Position numbers and translations under genes: made by a program. Positions 37,805 through 48,616 of a stretch of DNA of 64,000 bases are shown one piece after another. The notes under the pieces are model-generated. The model saw only the letters and a program-made list of their open reading frames with translations, was not told where the DNA came from and made no database searches. This stretch comes from Squalus acanthias (taxonomy: Eukaryota): positions 68,882,001 through 68,946,000 of the forward strand of contig CM059425.1 of NCBI GenBank assembly GCA_030390025.1. Direction: 5' to 3'. The first letter of the stretch is position 1. Each line of letters begins with the position of its first letter.

Positions 37805-40215
37805 TGCTGATGTCAGACCGAGTCCTGAAGGACATAACTGCCAGTCTGGGCTTGCGACAGGTGATGAGAACACCAACACGAGGGAAAAACCTACTTGACC
37901 TCGTCCTCACCAATCTACCTGTCACAGATGCATCTGTCCATGACAGTATTGGTAGCAGTGAACACCGCACATTCATTGTGGAGACGAAGTCCCGTCTTCA
38001 CACAGAGGACACCCTCCATCGTGTTGTGTGGCTCTACCACCGTGCTAAATGGGATAGATTCAGAACAGATCTAGCAGCTCAAAACTGGGCATCCATGAGG
38101 CACTGTGGGCCATCAGCAGCAGCAGAATTGTATTCCACCACAATCTGTAACCTCATGACCCGGCATATCCCTCACTCTACCATTACCATCAAGCCAGGGG
38201 ACTAACCCTGGTTCAATAAGGAGTGTAGAAGAGCATGCCAGGAGCAGCACCAGGCGTACCTAAAAATGAGGTGCCAACCTGGGGAAGCTGCAACACAGGA
38301 CTACGTGCATGCTAAAAAGTGGAAGCAACATGCTATAGACAGGGCTAAGTGATCCCACAATCAACGGATCAGATCAAAGCTCTGCAGTCCTGCCACATCC
38401 AGTCGTGAATGGTGGTGGACCATTAAACAACTAACGGGAGGAGGAGGCTCCATGAATATGCCCAATGATGGTGGAGCCCAGCACGTGAGTGCAAAAGACA
38501 AGGATGAAGCGTTTGCAACCATCTTCAGCCAGAAGTGCCGAGTGGATGATCCATATTGGCCTACTCCTGAGGTCCCCACCATCACAGAAGCCAGTCTTCA
38601 ACCATTTCGATTGACTCCACGTGATATCAAGAAATGGCTGAGCGCACTGGATACAGCAAAGGCTATGAGCCCCGACAACATCGCGGCTATCGTGCTGAAA
38701 ACTTGTGCTCCGGAACTAGCCATGCCTCTAGCTAAGCTGTTCCAGTACAGCTGCAAAACTGGCATCTATCCGACAATGTGGAAAACTGCCCAGGTATGTG
38801 CTGTCCACAAAAAGCAGGACAAATCCAACCCGGCCAATTACTGCCCCTTCAGTCTACTCTCAATCCTCAGCAAAGTGATGGAAGGTGTCATCGACAGTGC
38901 TATCAAGTGGCACTTACTCACCAAAAACCTGCTCACTGATGCCCAGTTTGGGTTCCGCCAAGACCACTCGGCTCCCAACCTCATTACAGCCTTGGTCCAA
39001 ACATGGACAAAGGAGCTGAATTCCAGAGGTGAGGTGAGAGTGACTGCCCTTGACATCAAGGCAGCATTTGACCGAGTGTGGCATCAAGGAGCCCTAGTAA
39101 ACCTGAAGTCAATGGGAATCGGGGGGAAAAAACGCTCCACTGGCTGGAGTCATACCTAGCACAAAGGAAGATGGTTGTGGTGGTTGAAGGTCAATCATCA
39201 CAGCCCCAGGACATCGCTGCAGGAGTTCCTCAGGGCAGTGTTCTAGGCCCAAACATTTTCAGCTGCTTCATCAATGACCTTCCTCCAACATAAGGTCAGA
39301 AATGGGGATGTTCGTTGATGCCTGCAGAGTGTTCAGCGCCATTCACAACTCCTCAGATAATGAAGCAGTCCATGCCCGCATGCAACAAGACCTGGACGAC
39401 GTTTAGGCTTGGGCTGATGAGTGGCAGGTAACATTCGCGCCACAGAAGTGCCAGGCAATGACTATCTCCAACGAGCGAGAGTCTAACCACCACCCCTTGA
39501 CATTCAACGGCATTACCATCGCCGAATCCCCCACCATCAACATCCTGGGGATCACCATTGACCAGAAACTTAACTGGACCAGCCACATAAATACTGTGGC
39601 AACAAGACCAGGTCAGAGGCTAGGTATTCCGCAGCAAGTGTCTCACCTCCTGACTCCCCAAAGCCTTTCCACCATCTACAAGGCACAAGTAAGGAGTGTG
39701 GTGGAATACTCTCCACTTGCCTGGATGAGTGCAGCTCCAACAACACTCGAAGCTCGACACCATCCAAAACAAAGCAGCCCGCTTGATTGGCACCCCATCC
39801 ACCACCTTAAACATTCACTCCCTCCACCACCGGCGTACCGTGGCTGCAGTGTGTACCATCTACAAGATGCACTGCAGCAACTCGCCAAGGCTTCTTCGGC
39901 AGCACCTCCCAAACCCGCGACCTCTTCCACCTAGAAGGACAAGGGCAGCAGGCGCATGGGAACACCACCACCTCCAAGATCCCCCTCCATGTCACGCACC
40001 ATCTTGACTTAGAAGTATATCGCCGATCCTTCATCGTCGTTGGATCAAAATCCTGGAACTCCCTACCTAACAGCACTGTGGGAGTACCTTCACCACATGA
40101 ACTGCAGTGGTTCAAGAAGGTGGTTCATCACCACCTTCTCAAGGGTAATTAAGGATGGGCAATAAATACTGGCCTTGCCAGCGACGCCCACATCCCATAA
40201 ACGAATTTAAAAAAT
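37805..40215 (+). mobile_element. 5'-truncated CR1-clade LINE of a second family, inserted in an older minus-strand CR1 (37690-37804 and 40216-40410)
   Basis: PTRGKNLLDLVLTN, ALDIKAAFDRVWH and GVPQGSVLGP motifs, with a 3' tail and A-run. Flanks read SCLTNLLEFFE and ITPIFKKG on the minus strand. Confidence 0.9.
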
Positions 40216-41049
40216 ACCATACCTTTCTAGGTGTTCCATTATCCACACGTTCTGGATGCCTTCTAATACTTTACCCAAAACAGATGTTAGGCTTGTAGTT
40301 TGCCGGTCCCATACCCTTTTTTAAAGATTGGTGTGATGCTAGCTATTTTACAATCCTTGGGCACTACCATTTCTAATGACACTCTAAAGATAATGGCAAG
40401 GGCATAATCGATTTTTTTTTTTTAATTCGTTCCTGGGATGTGGGCATCCAAATAGATACCAAGGATGCATGAAGGTACACCAGATAGATTAGAAAGTCTA
40501 GTTATTATATACATTATTATTAACTCAGTTTAAATTAATGAAATAAGATTTAGCAAATATATCAATGGTTCTGGTACAAGATTTTTTTAAATTCTATTAA
40601 TAAATCTATAAATGCATAATTTTTAGATGGAAGTCAGATAGGAAATAATTATGTATGTTGTGAGTTTTTTTTTAAATTGTGTGGGATATTTTTCTCTGTG
40701 TAAAATCTGATGACTGGTGACAAAGAACAGTTATGTCTTTTTTTCCACTATTACCATTAGCTTCAGTTTTCCTTACAGTCCAAAAATGCATGTAATGAGA
40801 GTAATGGAAAAAAGGGAAACAAATTCTTGACAATAACAGTATCAAGCATGTAAAAGGCCTCTGTTAAGAAAGACTCCCTCTGTTGTGTAATATAAAGAAA
40901 ATTTTATAATTCGCAATAGAAGTAAATTGTGCAAAGCATTTTGTTTTCCTAACAGAATGGGTTCAATGACAATTGTCAGCTGTATTATAGTGCTGCAGCA
41001 GCTACAGGAGGTGGTTACCCAAGATGGTATCGAAGGCAAGACAAACTAT

Positions 41050-41390
41050 CCCAGGAAGTGAATGTACTGCACCAGAGATTTCTACCTATCTGTGACTTAG
41101 CACCAGTTTATGATGATGTCCTGGATCCTCTCTGACGACTATTACCAAGGTGTGCTACTTTGTAGTTGAAGACTTGCAAGCACAATCGGCCAGCTTCACT
41201 GCGCTACCAGTGGCACTGAAGGTCACCACTGCCCTGAGCTTTTATGCCACAGGCACCCACAAGCGACACTGCAGGGTCAGTCACTGTGCCACCCACTGCT
41301 GCATTAAGCACATTACTAAAGCCATCTTTCACCATATACCCACCTACATAGACTTCAGCTGACTCCAGCAGCAGACCAAGCAGTCTAGGC
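41050..41390 (+). pseudogene. Harbinger transposase N-terminal remnant
   Basis: TALPVALKVTTALSFYATG...HCCIKHITKAIF. Confidence 0.75.
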
Positions 41391-41906
41391 AGGGAGATGG
41401 ATGTTAGAGGGTCTCATTGTCCATTTCTTGTCCCAATCCCAGCGAGCTCTACAATTGGACACTGGTCCAGAAATTCGGTGGGCCGCAATCTCCACGGTTA
41501 AACCGAGAGCGTGCCTACAGGGGTCTGACCTCGCCAGAGTTTTTACAGGGTCAGTGAGAGAGTGCCGAACTTGCATAGAGCTTGCGGGCTTATCTCTAGT
41601 GCCCACCTGCCGCATGCGGACAGGAAATCCAGCACCTGCCTGCCATTGCGGGGAGGGTTGCCCAAGCTTCACCCCTCCAGACTTCATTGAGTGCTCACTT
41701 AGCCCCCTATATAAGGGGGCCAATCCAGATAGAAAAAAAACTAGTTTTCAGGACTCCAGGCCATATCCCTGGTAGTGTACCCCCTCCCCCCAATTGGGCC
41801 CACGCGTACCCATCTGGAGGCCAGTGCGCCTCATTTTTCTCAGTGAAACAGCCTCCAGTCCTACCCCGAGTCCCACAGAAACAGTCAGCATAGGAAGCCT
41901 CCAACC

Positions 41907-42544
41907 TGTAAGCTTTTTATTTTGACTGGCATTAAATTGACAGCAAGACCAATTCTTTTGAAACAATTTGGAATAAGTTAATTCAACACACACACCCATG
42001 CACATCAAAACAATAGTCTACTGGTATCCTATGACTCTACTCGATTACAACAGGTAAGGTAATGGGTTAGATTTAAACAGACTTGTACTTCCCTGAGTCA
42101 AGCAATGCATGTGGCCTTTTTACTTGCTTCTTGGTCTGGTCTGTAGAGGGAGGGCTTCCTGCTTTTCCGTGTGGTCATCCAGAGAGAGAGCAAGAGCCTT
42201 TGGGTTCCTTGTTTTACATCTTTTTAAGTCCATTGTCTCTAGTCTAAATTGCTGAGACCCCAGGATTGGGTCTTAGTTTCATGGCTGTTCTTGATTGACT
42301 TTCCTTTGAACATGTGTCTGTCTGCAGTGGCTGGTGCCATTTCTTGATTAAGTTAGTTGTTAACACCTTTTAATGGCTCTTGAGTTTCGATGGGTTTTCG
42401 ATGGGGGTTATCCTGTTATGCAGGTTTCCTTTGTTAAGTTTCGCTGGGAGATCCATACACATCAAGTTCATCTTTATTACATACATCTTATATTAATAGT
42501 CTCAAGTCCATCACTCATCATAAACATATATTTTTATTCTTACA
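41907..42544 (-). repeat. 3' LTR (638 bp)
   Basis: 41997-42544 is repeated at 44874-45111 plus 49189-49518. Minus-strand AAGGCGGGGAA polypurine tract lies just upstream. Confidence 0.92.
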
Positions 42545-42592
42545 GATTCCCCGCCTTGAGGGAGAAATATTCTTATTGACCCCTCATTTGGT

Positions 42593-42940
42593 TTATCTCC
42601 TCAGGGTTCGCATATGGTGGTTCAGTTTCCTAAGGAGTTTTCTCAGGTAGCAGATCATGATGATCCCCACCACTACGATTATGGCTTGTGCCAGTATCAT
42701 AAGCATTGAGAGGGTTCTGAGCCAGGGGTGTTGTCCTACATTATATAACAGGTTAACGTAATCCTGGACCTGTTTAAACAGTGATTTCAAATAAAACTGT
42801 TGGACTATAACCTGGTGTTGTGCGACCTCTCAATTCTGTTTAAACAGGCCAGCCTCCTCTCTTATGGACAAGAGGTTCTGGGGCAGTTCATGTATTACAT
42901 CCCGTCCCTCTTTATTTATTCCTGTCAGGATCCCCTTAAG
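42593..42940 (-). pseudogene. env-like C-terminal remnant (helical segment, transmembrane anchor, basic tail)
   Basis: After removing the 42782-42835 insert and one duplicate: LKGILTGINKEGRDVIHELPQNLLSIREEAGLFKQVQDYVNLLYNVGQHPWLRTLSMLMILAQAIIVVVGIIMICYLRKLLRKLNHHMRTLRR*. Confidence 0.6.
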
Positions 42941-44870
42941 CTGTTACTCTTTGGCAGTTTTTGAACTGGTTAATATGATACCATTTCTTGTACTTAACGC
43001 CCTTTTCCCCCGGTAACTGAATCAAATAAACCGCGGGGTTCAATCGGTCTATAATCGTATGCGGTCCCCACCACCTGGGCTCAAAGGCAGGCTTCTTTTT
43101 CCCATAATTTGGAATCATTATGGTGTCCCCCACCTGATACTCAAAGGGACGTACTTTCTTGTCAAATTACCTTTCAATTTGTCTTTTTGACTTCTCCAAT
43201 TTCGTGGCCACAAATCGATTCATCTGATCGGTGTGATCTACCACTTGTTCCAGCCACTTGGAACTACATGGTTCCATTTTCAAGGGGCTCATCCCCGTTA
43301 GTGTTAGCTGGCCTGGCGTTCTCATGAGTCTCCCCGTCATGGCCTGATATGGGGAGACTCCTGTTGTTTTATGAGGTGTGGACCTCATTGCCATTAAGCA
43401 CATTGGCAGCATGTTAGCCCATTGAGTGGGGCGGTCCGCACACAATTTTTTTAACATTAACTTGAGGGTCCTGTTCCCCCTTTCGACCCCTCCAGACGAC
43501 TGGGGGTGGTGAACAATATGTAGTTTGTGTTTTATCCCCAACATTTCCTGCAGGTGGGTAAAAATCTTACTGGTAAAGTGCGAACCTTGATCACTGTCCA
43601 CTTGTACCGGTACTCCCCACCTACAAAACACATGATTTAATAGTGTTTTGGCTGCCGTGATTGCGGTGTTGGAGCGGCAGGGGAATGCTTCGATCCATTT
43701 AGTGAATTGATCCACCACCACTAGGGCATGCTGAAAATTGCCTTGCGCCTGTGGAAGTGGCCCAATGAAGTCTATCTGGAGGTGAGTCCATAGCCCTTGA
43801 GGTGGGGGCTGTTTTGGAAGTGGGTAATTGCAGTCGCTGTATTATCTCCACCTTGTGGGAGTCGGGGGACGATCCCTCTGGAGAAATGGACACTCCCAGA
43901 AAGGTGACCCGTTCTTTTACCAACTGAGCCTTACGAGGATTCACCTTTAGTCCCGCCTCAGCCAACAATGTCAACAGTTCATGCAAAAGGGACAGATGCT
44001 CCTCCATGTTATCAGTTGCCAGCAGTAGATCGTCTACGTACTGTAGCAAGCAGGTAGGGCGGGAAAAGTCTCAAAACTGCAGCCATTCTTTTGTGGAAGA
44101 TCGTGGGGGCATTGTGGAACCCCTGAGGCAGGCATGTCCAGGTGTAGCTCTGGTCCTCAAATGTGAATGTGAATTTGTACTGGTCCTCCTTTTTAACAGG
44201 GATACTCCAGATCCATTGGCAATGTCGAGGGTCGAGAAGTACATGGAAACAGCAGGAATTTGAATATGGCGGGAGCTTCTCTTACTACCGGTGAGCAGGC
44301 TGGCGTTACAGAATTTAACTTTCTGTAATCAATAGTCAGTCGCCTGCTGCTATCAGGCTTTTTAACCGGCCATGTGGGTGAATTGGTTGTGAAGGTGCCT
44401 GTCCTAACAACACCCTGCTCGACTAGGGATTTTATGGTGTCTCGGATGTAAGGGTGACTCTCCCTTGGGATGGGGTATTGTTTAGTGAATGAGTGGGGGG
44501 GTCCCTCAATAAACTCTTCGCCTGCCATTTTTCCACAATCATGCTTGCATGTGGAAAACACCACTAGGTGTTCCTGAATTAGTTTTGCCACAGCTTCGTT
44601 TTCGCTCCCCGGAGGGTCATACTCGGATGGCTTTTTAATAGCAAAAACCGAGTGAGCATCTGAAATTTCTATCACTCTTGCATTATTTCTCAATCCCATC
44701 CAAACACAGTCCCGATTGTAATCTATTACCACGCCATACTGATCCAACACATCAGTCCCTAAAATTCCCCTTCCGTCGGGGGTGGTCATCAGCATCGGTG
44801 CTGGGACCTTACAGGTGAGGCCTCCCAACTGAAGTTCAGAGGCCTTCCCTGTATATGCGGTGGTTGTATC
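42936..44870 (-). pseudogene. pol: pol remnant: protease C-terminus, RT, integrase core and C-terminal module; RNase H deleted
   Basis: GILGTDVL, KQYPI, NSPTWPVKKPD, LTIDYRKLN, LQYVDDLLLA, VVDQFTKWIEAFP, DSDQGSHF, HPQSSGGVERGNRTLK, PRWWGPH. Confidence 0.92.
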
Positions 44871-45472
44871 TCACATGCACATCAAAACAATAGCCTACTG
44901 GTATCCTATGATTCTACTCGATTACAACAGGTAAGGTAATGGGTTAGATTTAAACAGACTTGTACTTCCCTGAGTCAAGCAATGCATGTGGCCTTTTTCC
45001 TTGCTTCTTGGTCTGGTCTGTAGAGGGAGGGCTTCCTGCTTTTCCACGTGGTCATCCAGAGAGAGAGCAAGAGCCTTTGGGTTCCTTGTTTTACATCTTT
45101 TTAAGTCCATTGGGGGAGAAATTCAGTATCGCCCCGTTTGGGGCACAATTATCGGCTGGGCACAAAGATTAGCGCCTGCCGCTAATTATCGCCTCCGACT
45201 GCAAACTTGACTTTTATTGTCCCTGGAGGTGATTGGAGCGCTAAATCAGGCGCTACACATCTGTCTTAAGGCGCAAAGGCCGAGGAGCGAGGCGCTAACT
45301 CAGAGCGCGGGCGCAGCGCAGGTGCTGTCAGTTAGCGATGGAACACAGACACACTGGTGCCGGACAGTTCTTAAAGGGGAGGGTCGATCTTGCGCTCCAG
45401 CCATACCCTGTTCATTGGAGCCTTGAGTCTCGGCCTGGAGAGACCTGTGCCTAAATCTTCCAGCCAAGGACT

Positions 45473-47294
45473 ATGGAGAGGGTGAGAGAACAAGCTCAGC
45501 GCTTCAGCGAGCGGGCCTTGGATGCTCTGGTTGGCGCGGTGGAGCGCAGAAGATCTATACTCTTCCCTGAGAGTGGCAGGAGGCCTTTGCCACGTGAGTA
45601 CAGAAGAGAGTGGAGGGAGGTGGCTCAGAGCGTCTCCTCCAGGAGCATGGTGCCCAGGACCCACATACAATGTCGAAAAAAGTTCAACGACCTCACTCGG
45701 ATCGTCAGGGTGAGTGGCTTTTTTTCAATACCTCTCCATCCCTCCATCTCAACCTCACTCTATGGCCAGAGGGTCTTAAAACCCCAATGCCCAACACTCA
45801 TCCAACACCTATGGCCCTCTCATGAAACACACACGCACATTCCACACTTTGCATACAGTAAGGGCTATTCACCTATGGGAGGCACATCAGGCAAGACCAT
45901 GGCTGTATATTTACTCAGACGCTGTCCTTTTTCTTGCAGGCCAAGCTATCTCATAATAGGAGACAGCAGCAACGGACGGGTGGAGGGCGGCCTCAGCTGC
46001 AACCCCTCAGCGATCTTGAGGCGCCGTCCACAGGATTGTGGCAAGCCGGGTGATCGGTCCCGTCGCCACTGGAGACGCCGACCCCTTTCTGGACAGCAAT
46101 GGTAAGGCCATCACCTTTTTGTCCTCTGTCGTTCCACTTGTCCCTCACACCAGCCTTTGACACTTTCAATCCAACTTACTAAATCGCTGCACTCATTCCT
46201 CCCTTACTGTCCCCCTGTCCTCACGCTAAAGCCACTCTTGTACCTCCCTGTTTTCAGATGGTGATTCACCAGCTGAGGAGACGGGCCCTCAAGCTGCCAG
46301 TGGGAGTGAAGCTGCAGGCGAGGAGGAAGATGAAGGCGGAGCATCAGCGCCACCCTCTCCCGAGGAAGCCCATGCCCACACTGGGAACACGCCTTCCCTG
46401 GAGGGGAGCAGGGGGGAAGGGTCTGATGAGGGTGAAGCTCCAGGACCCAGCGGGCTGCAGCAACGCAATGGGGGTAGGGAAGCTCGGGTGCCTTCTCCCC
46501 GGAGGGAGAGTATGCCAGCGAGTCCTACTGCACTGGACGCAGAGGAGGAGCGGCTGATCGCTGAAATGAACACCCAGACGGTGGACATGCACACTCAGCT
46601 CATGGGTGCAGTGGGAAGGGTGCCCAAATGCATTGAATCACTGACAAGGAGTGTGGAGCACTTCGCTGTAGCACAGGCGGATGCCACGCAAATGTTTAGT
46701 GCTGCAATTCAGTCACTGGCTGCCGTGACCCCATCTCTGACTGCTCCCATGCAGACTCAGATTGAGGCCACGCGAGCACTGACTGCTGCCATCCTCGCTG
46801 GTTCGGACACATTTCCCCGGGGCTCTCACCGCGCCGCAGCAGGCCAGCAATCTGTGCTCCAGCAGATTGCTCCGGATGCTGAAGTGCTGCCCCATGGGAG
46901 TGCCAGTGTGTCGGTCGAGCAGGGAGTTGCTGTCCTCTCTCAAGATGACAGCATTCCTGCTGCTACCACTGTCACTTCTCCACTGCACTTGCCACCGCCT
47001 GTAGGACAGACTGCTGCCGCCCATGCAGAATTGGTGCAGTCTGCAGCCGGGCCCTCCAGGCCCAGAGCAGGTCGAGGCTGTCCTTCAAGGGCATCTGCAG
47101 TCTCAGGTTCTGACAATCAGCAGCCTTCCACCAGCCTTGCTGCAGTCACTGGGGTCCCATTACGGAGGAGCAGAAGGGGGGGAAGTGCGCAAGGGAAGGA
47201 GATCACCCTCGAAGGGCAAAAAGTAGGAGGTGTGACAAAATGTTGGTCATTTTTTTTATTAAAGGCCGAGGTTCGTGGTCAAACTTTTGTTTAG
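45473..47294 (+). pseudogene. Harbinger Myb/SANT-like gene; exons 45473-45709, 45940-46101, 46258-47294; 1-nt deletion in exon 2
   Basis: MERVREQAQRFSERALDALV...WREVAQSV...QCRKKFNDL. GT-AG sites are conserved with copy A; exon 2 is 162 nt versus 163 nt. Confidence 0.87.
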
Positions 47295-47536
47295 TGTTTT
47301 GGACATTATCTCCAGGTTGTGAGAACTAGTTATGTTAATGACTTTTTTTGTGTTTCTTTCTATTAGTTTGTCATGAGGAAATGACACACACAGAGTTTGT
47401 AAAATAAATAAGTTTTTGTATTCAAAATGTACATGTTTGGTCTTTGGAATTATTGCTGCCTTGGCCGGCTTAGGGGTTGCAGGTTGGTTTCATTCATGTT
47501 GTTCTCAATGGCAGAAGCCATTTCCTCAGCAGGGGC

Positions 47537-48616
47537 CTAGAAGCGGCTTGCTATCAGCCGTTGACGGACGGCCCTTCCAGTTTCTACATTGTGGGCCTCC
47601 CTCCCGCCTTGGTGCTGCTGATGATCATCCTCCTCCTCTTCCTCCTCCTCTTCCTCCTCCTCCTCTGGTGGTGCTCCAAGGCCTGGTGGCATTGGCTGGG
47701 TCCTGAGGATTGCCAGGTTATGCAGCATGCAGCACACAACTACGAAGTGGGAAACTCGCTCAGGCGAGTACTGCAGGGCTCCTCCAGAATGGTCCAGACA
47801 GCGGAACCGTTGCTTAAGCACGCCGATTGTGTGCTCAACGATGTTCCTGGTAGCTTGATGGCTCTCGTTGTACCGCAGCTCAGCAGGGGTGTTGGGCGTA
47901 CGGAGCGGTGTCATCAGCCAGGTGCTCAGTGGATATCCCTTGTCCCCGAGAAGCCAACCAACTGGCTGATGCGGTGCCTGGAAAAGTTCTGCCACAGTAG
48001 TCTGGCGCAGGATGAATGCATCGTGGCAGCTGCCAGGATAGTGGGCATTGACAGCGAGTACCAGCTGTCTGTGGTCACAGACCAACTGAACGTTTAAGGA
48101 ATGGAACCCCTTTCTGTTGCGGAAATCCTCGGCATTCTCATGCGGAGCACGCAAAGCCACATGCGTGCAGTCAATGGCGCCCTGCACCATGGGGAAGCCC
48201 GCTATCCTAGCAAAGCCCATTGCGCGTTCTTGCTGCTTGTCTGGGGTCATGGGGAAAGAGATGTACTCTCGTCTCCTTTTAAAGAGGGCATTTGTGACCT
48301 GACGGATGCAGCAATGCACCGCGAACTGGGAGATATTGGCGATGTCCCCAGTAGCTGACTGAAATGAGCCAGTGGCATAAAAGTTCAGAGCTACTGTGAT
48401 CTTCACTGCCACCGACAGAGACGTCCTGGACCTCAGTTGAGGCTGCAGATCTGGCTGCAGCAGGTGGCAGAACTCAGTGACCACCTCCTTGCTGAAGCGC
48501 AGCCTTCGCAAACACTGCTCCTCAGACATGTTAATATATGTGAATTGTTGGCGATATACCCTGGGAGGGTAAGGTCTCCTGTACAGAGGCCTGTTGGCCC
48601 TCTTCCGTCTGGCCAT
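47537..48616 (-). CDS. Intact PIF/Harbinger DDE transposase (359 aa from the first in-frame ATG conserved in copy A)
   Basis: Stop-free ORF with GAIDCTH, NRKGFHSLNVQLVCD, PGSCHDAFIL, LGDKGY, RNIVEHTIGVLKQRF and an acidic tail. Confidence 0.93.
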   Translation of the reverse strand: MARRKRANRPLYRRPYPPRVYRQQFTYINMSEEQCLRRLRFSKEVVTEFCHLLQPDLQPQLRSRTSLSVAVKITVALNFYATGSFQSATGDIANISQFAVHCCIRQVTNALFKRRREYISFPMTPDKQQERAMGFARIAGFPMVQGAIDCTHVALRAPHENAEDFRNRKGFHSLNVQLVCDHRQLVLAVNAHYPGSCHDAFILRQTTVAELFQAPHQPVGWLLGDKGYPLSTWLMTPLRTPNTPAELRYNESHQATRNIVEHTIGVLKQRFRCLDHSGGALQYSPERVSHFVVVCCMLHNLAILRTQPMPPGLGAPPEEEEEEEEEEEEDDHQQHQGGREAHNVETGRAVRQRLIASRF

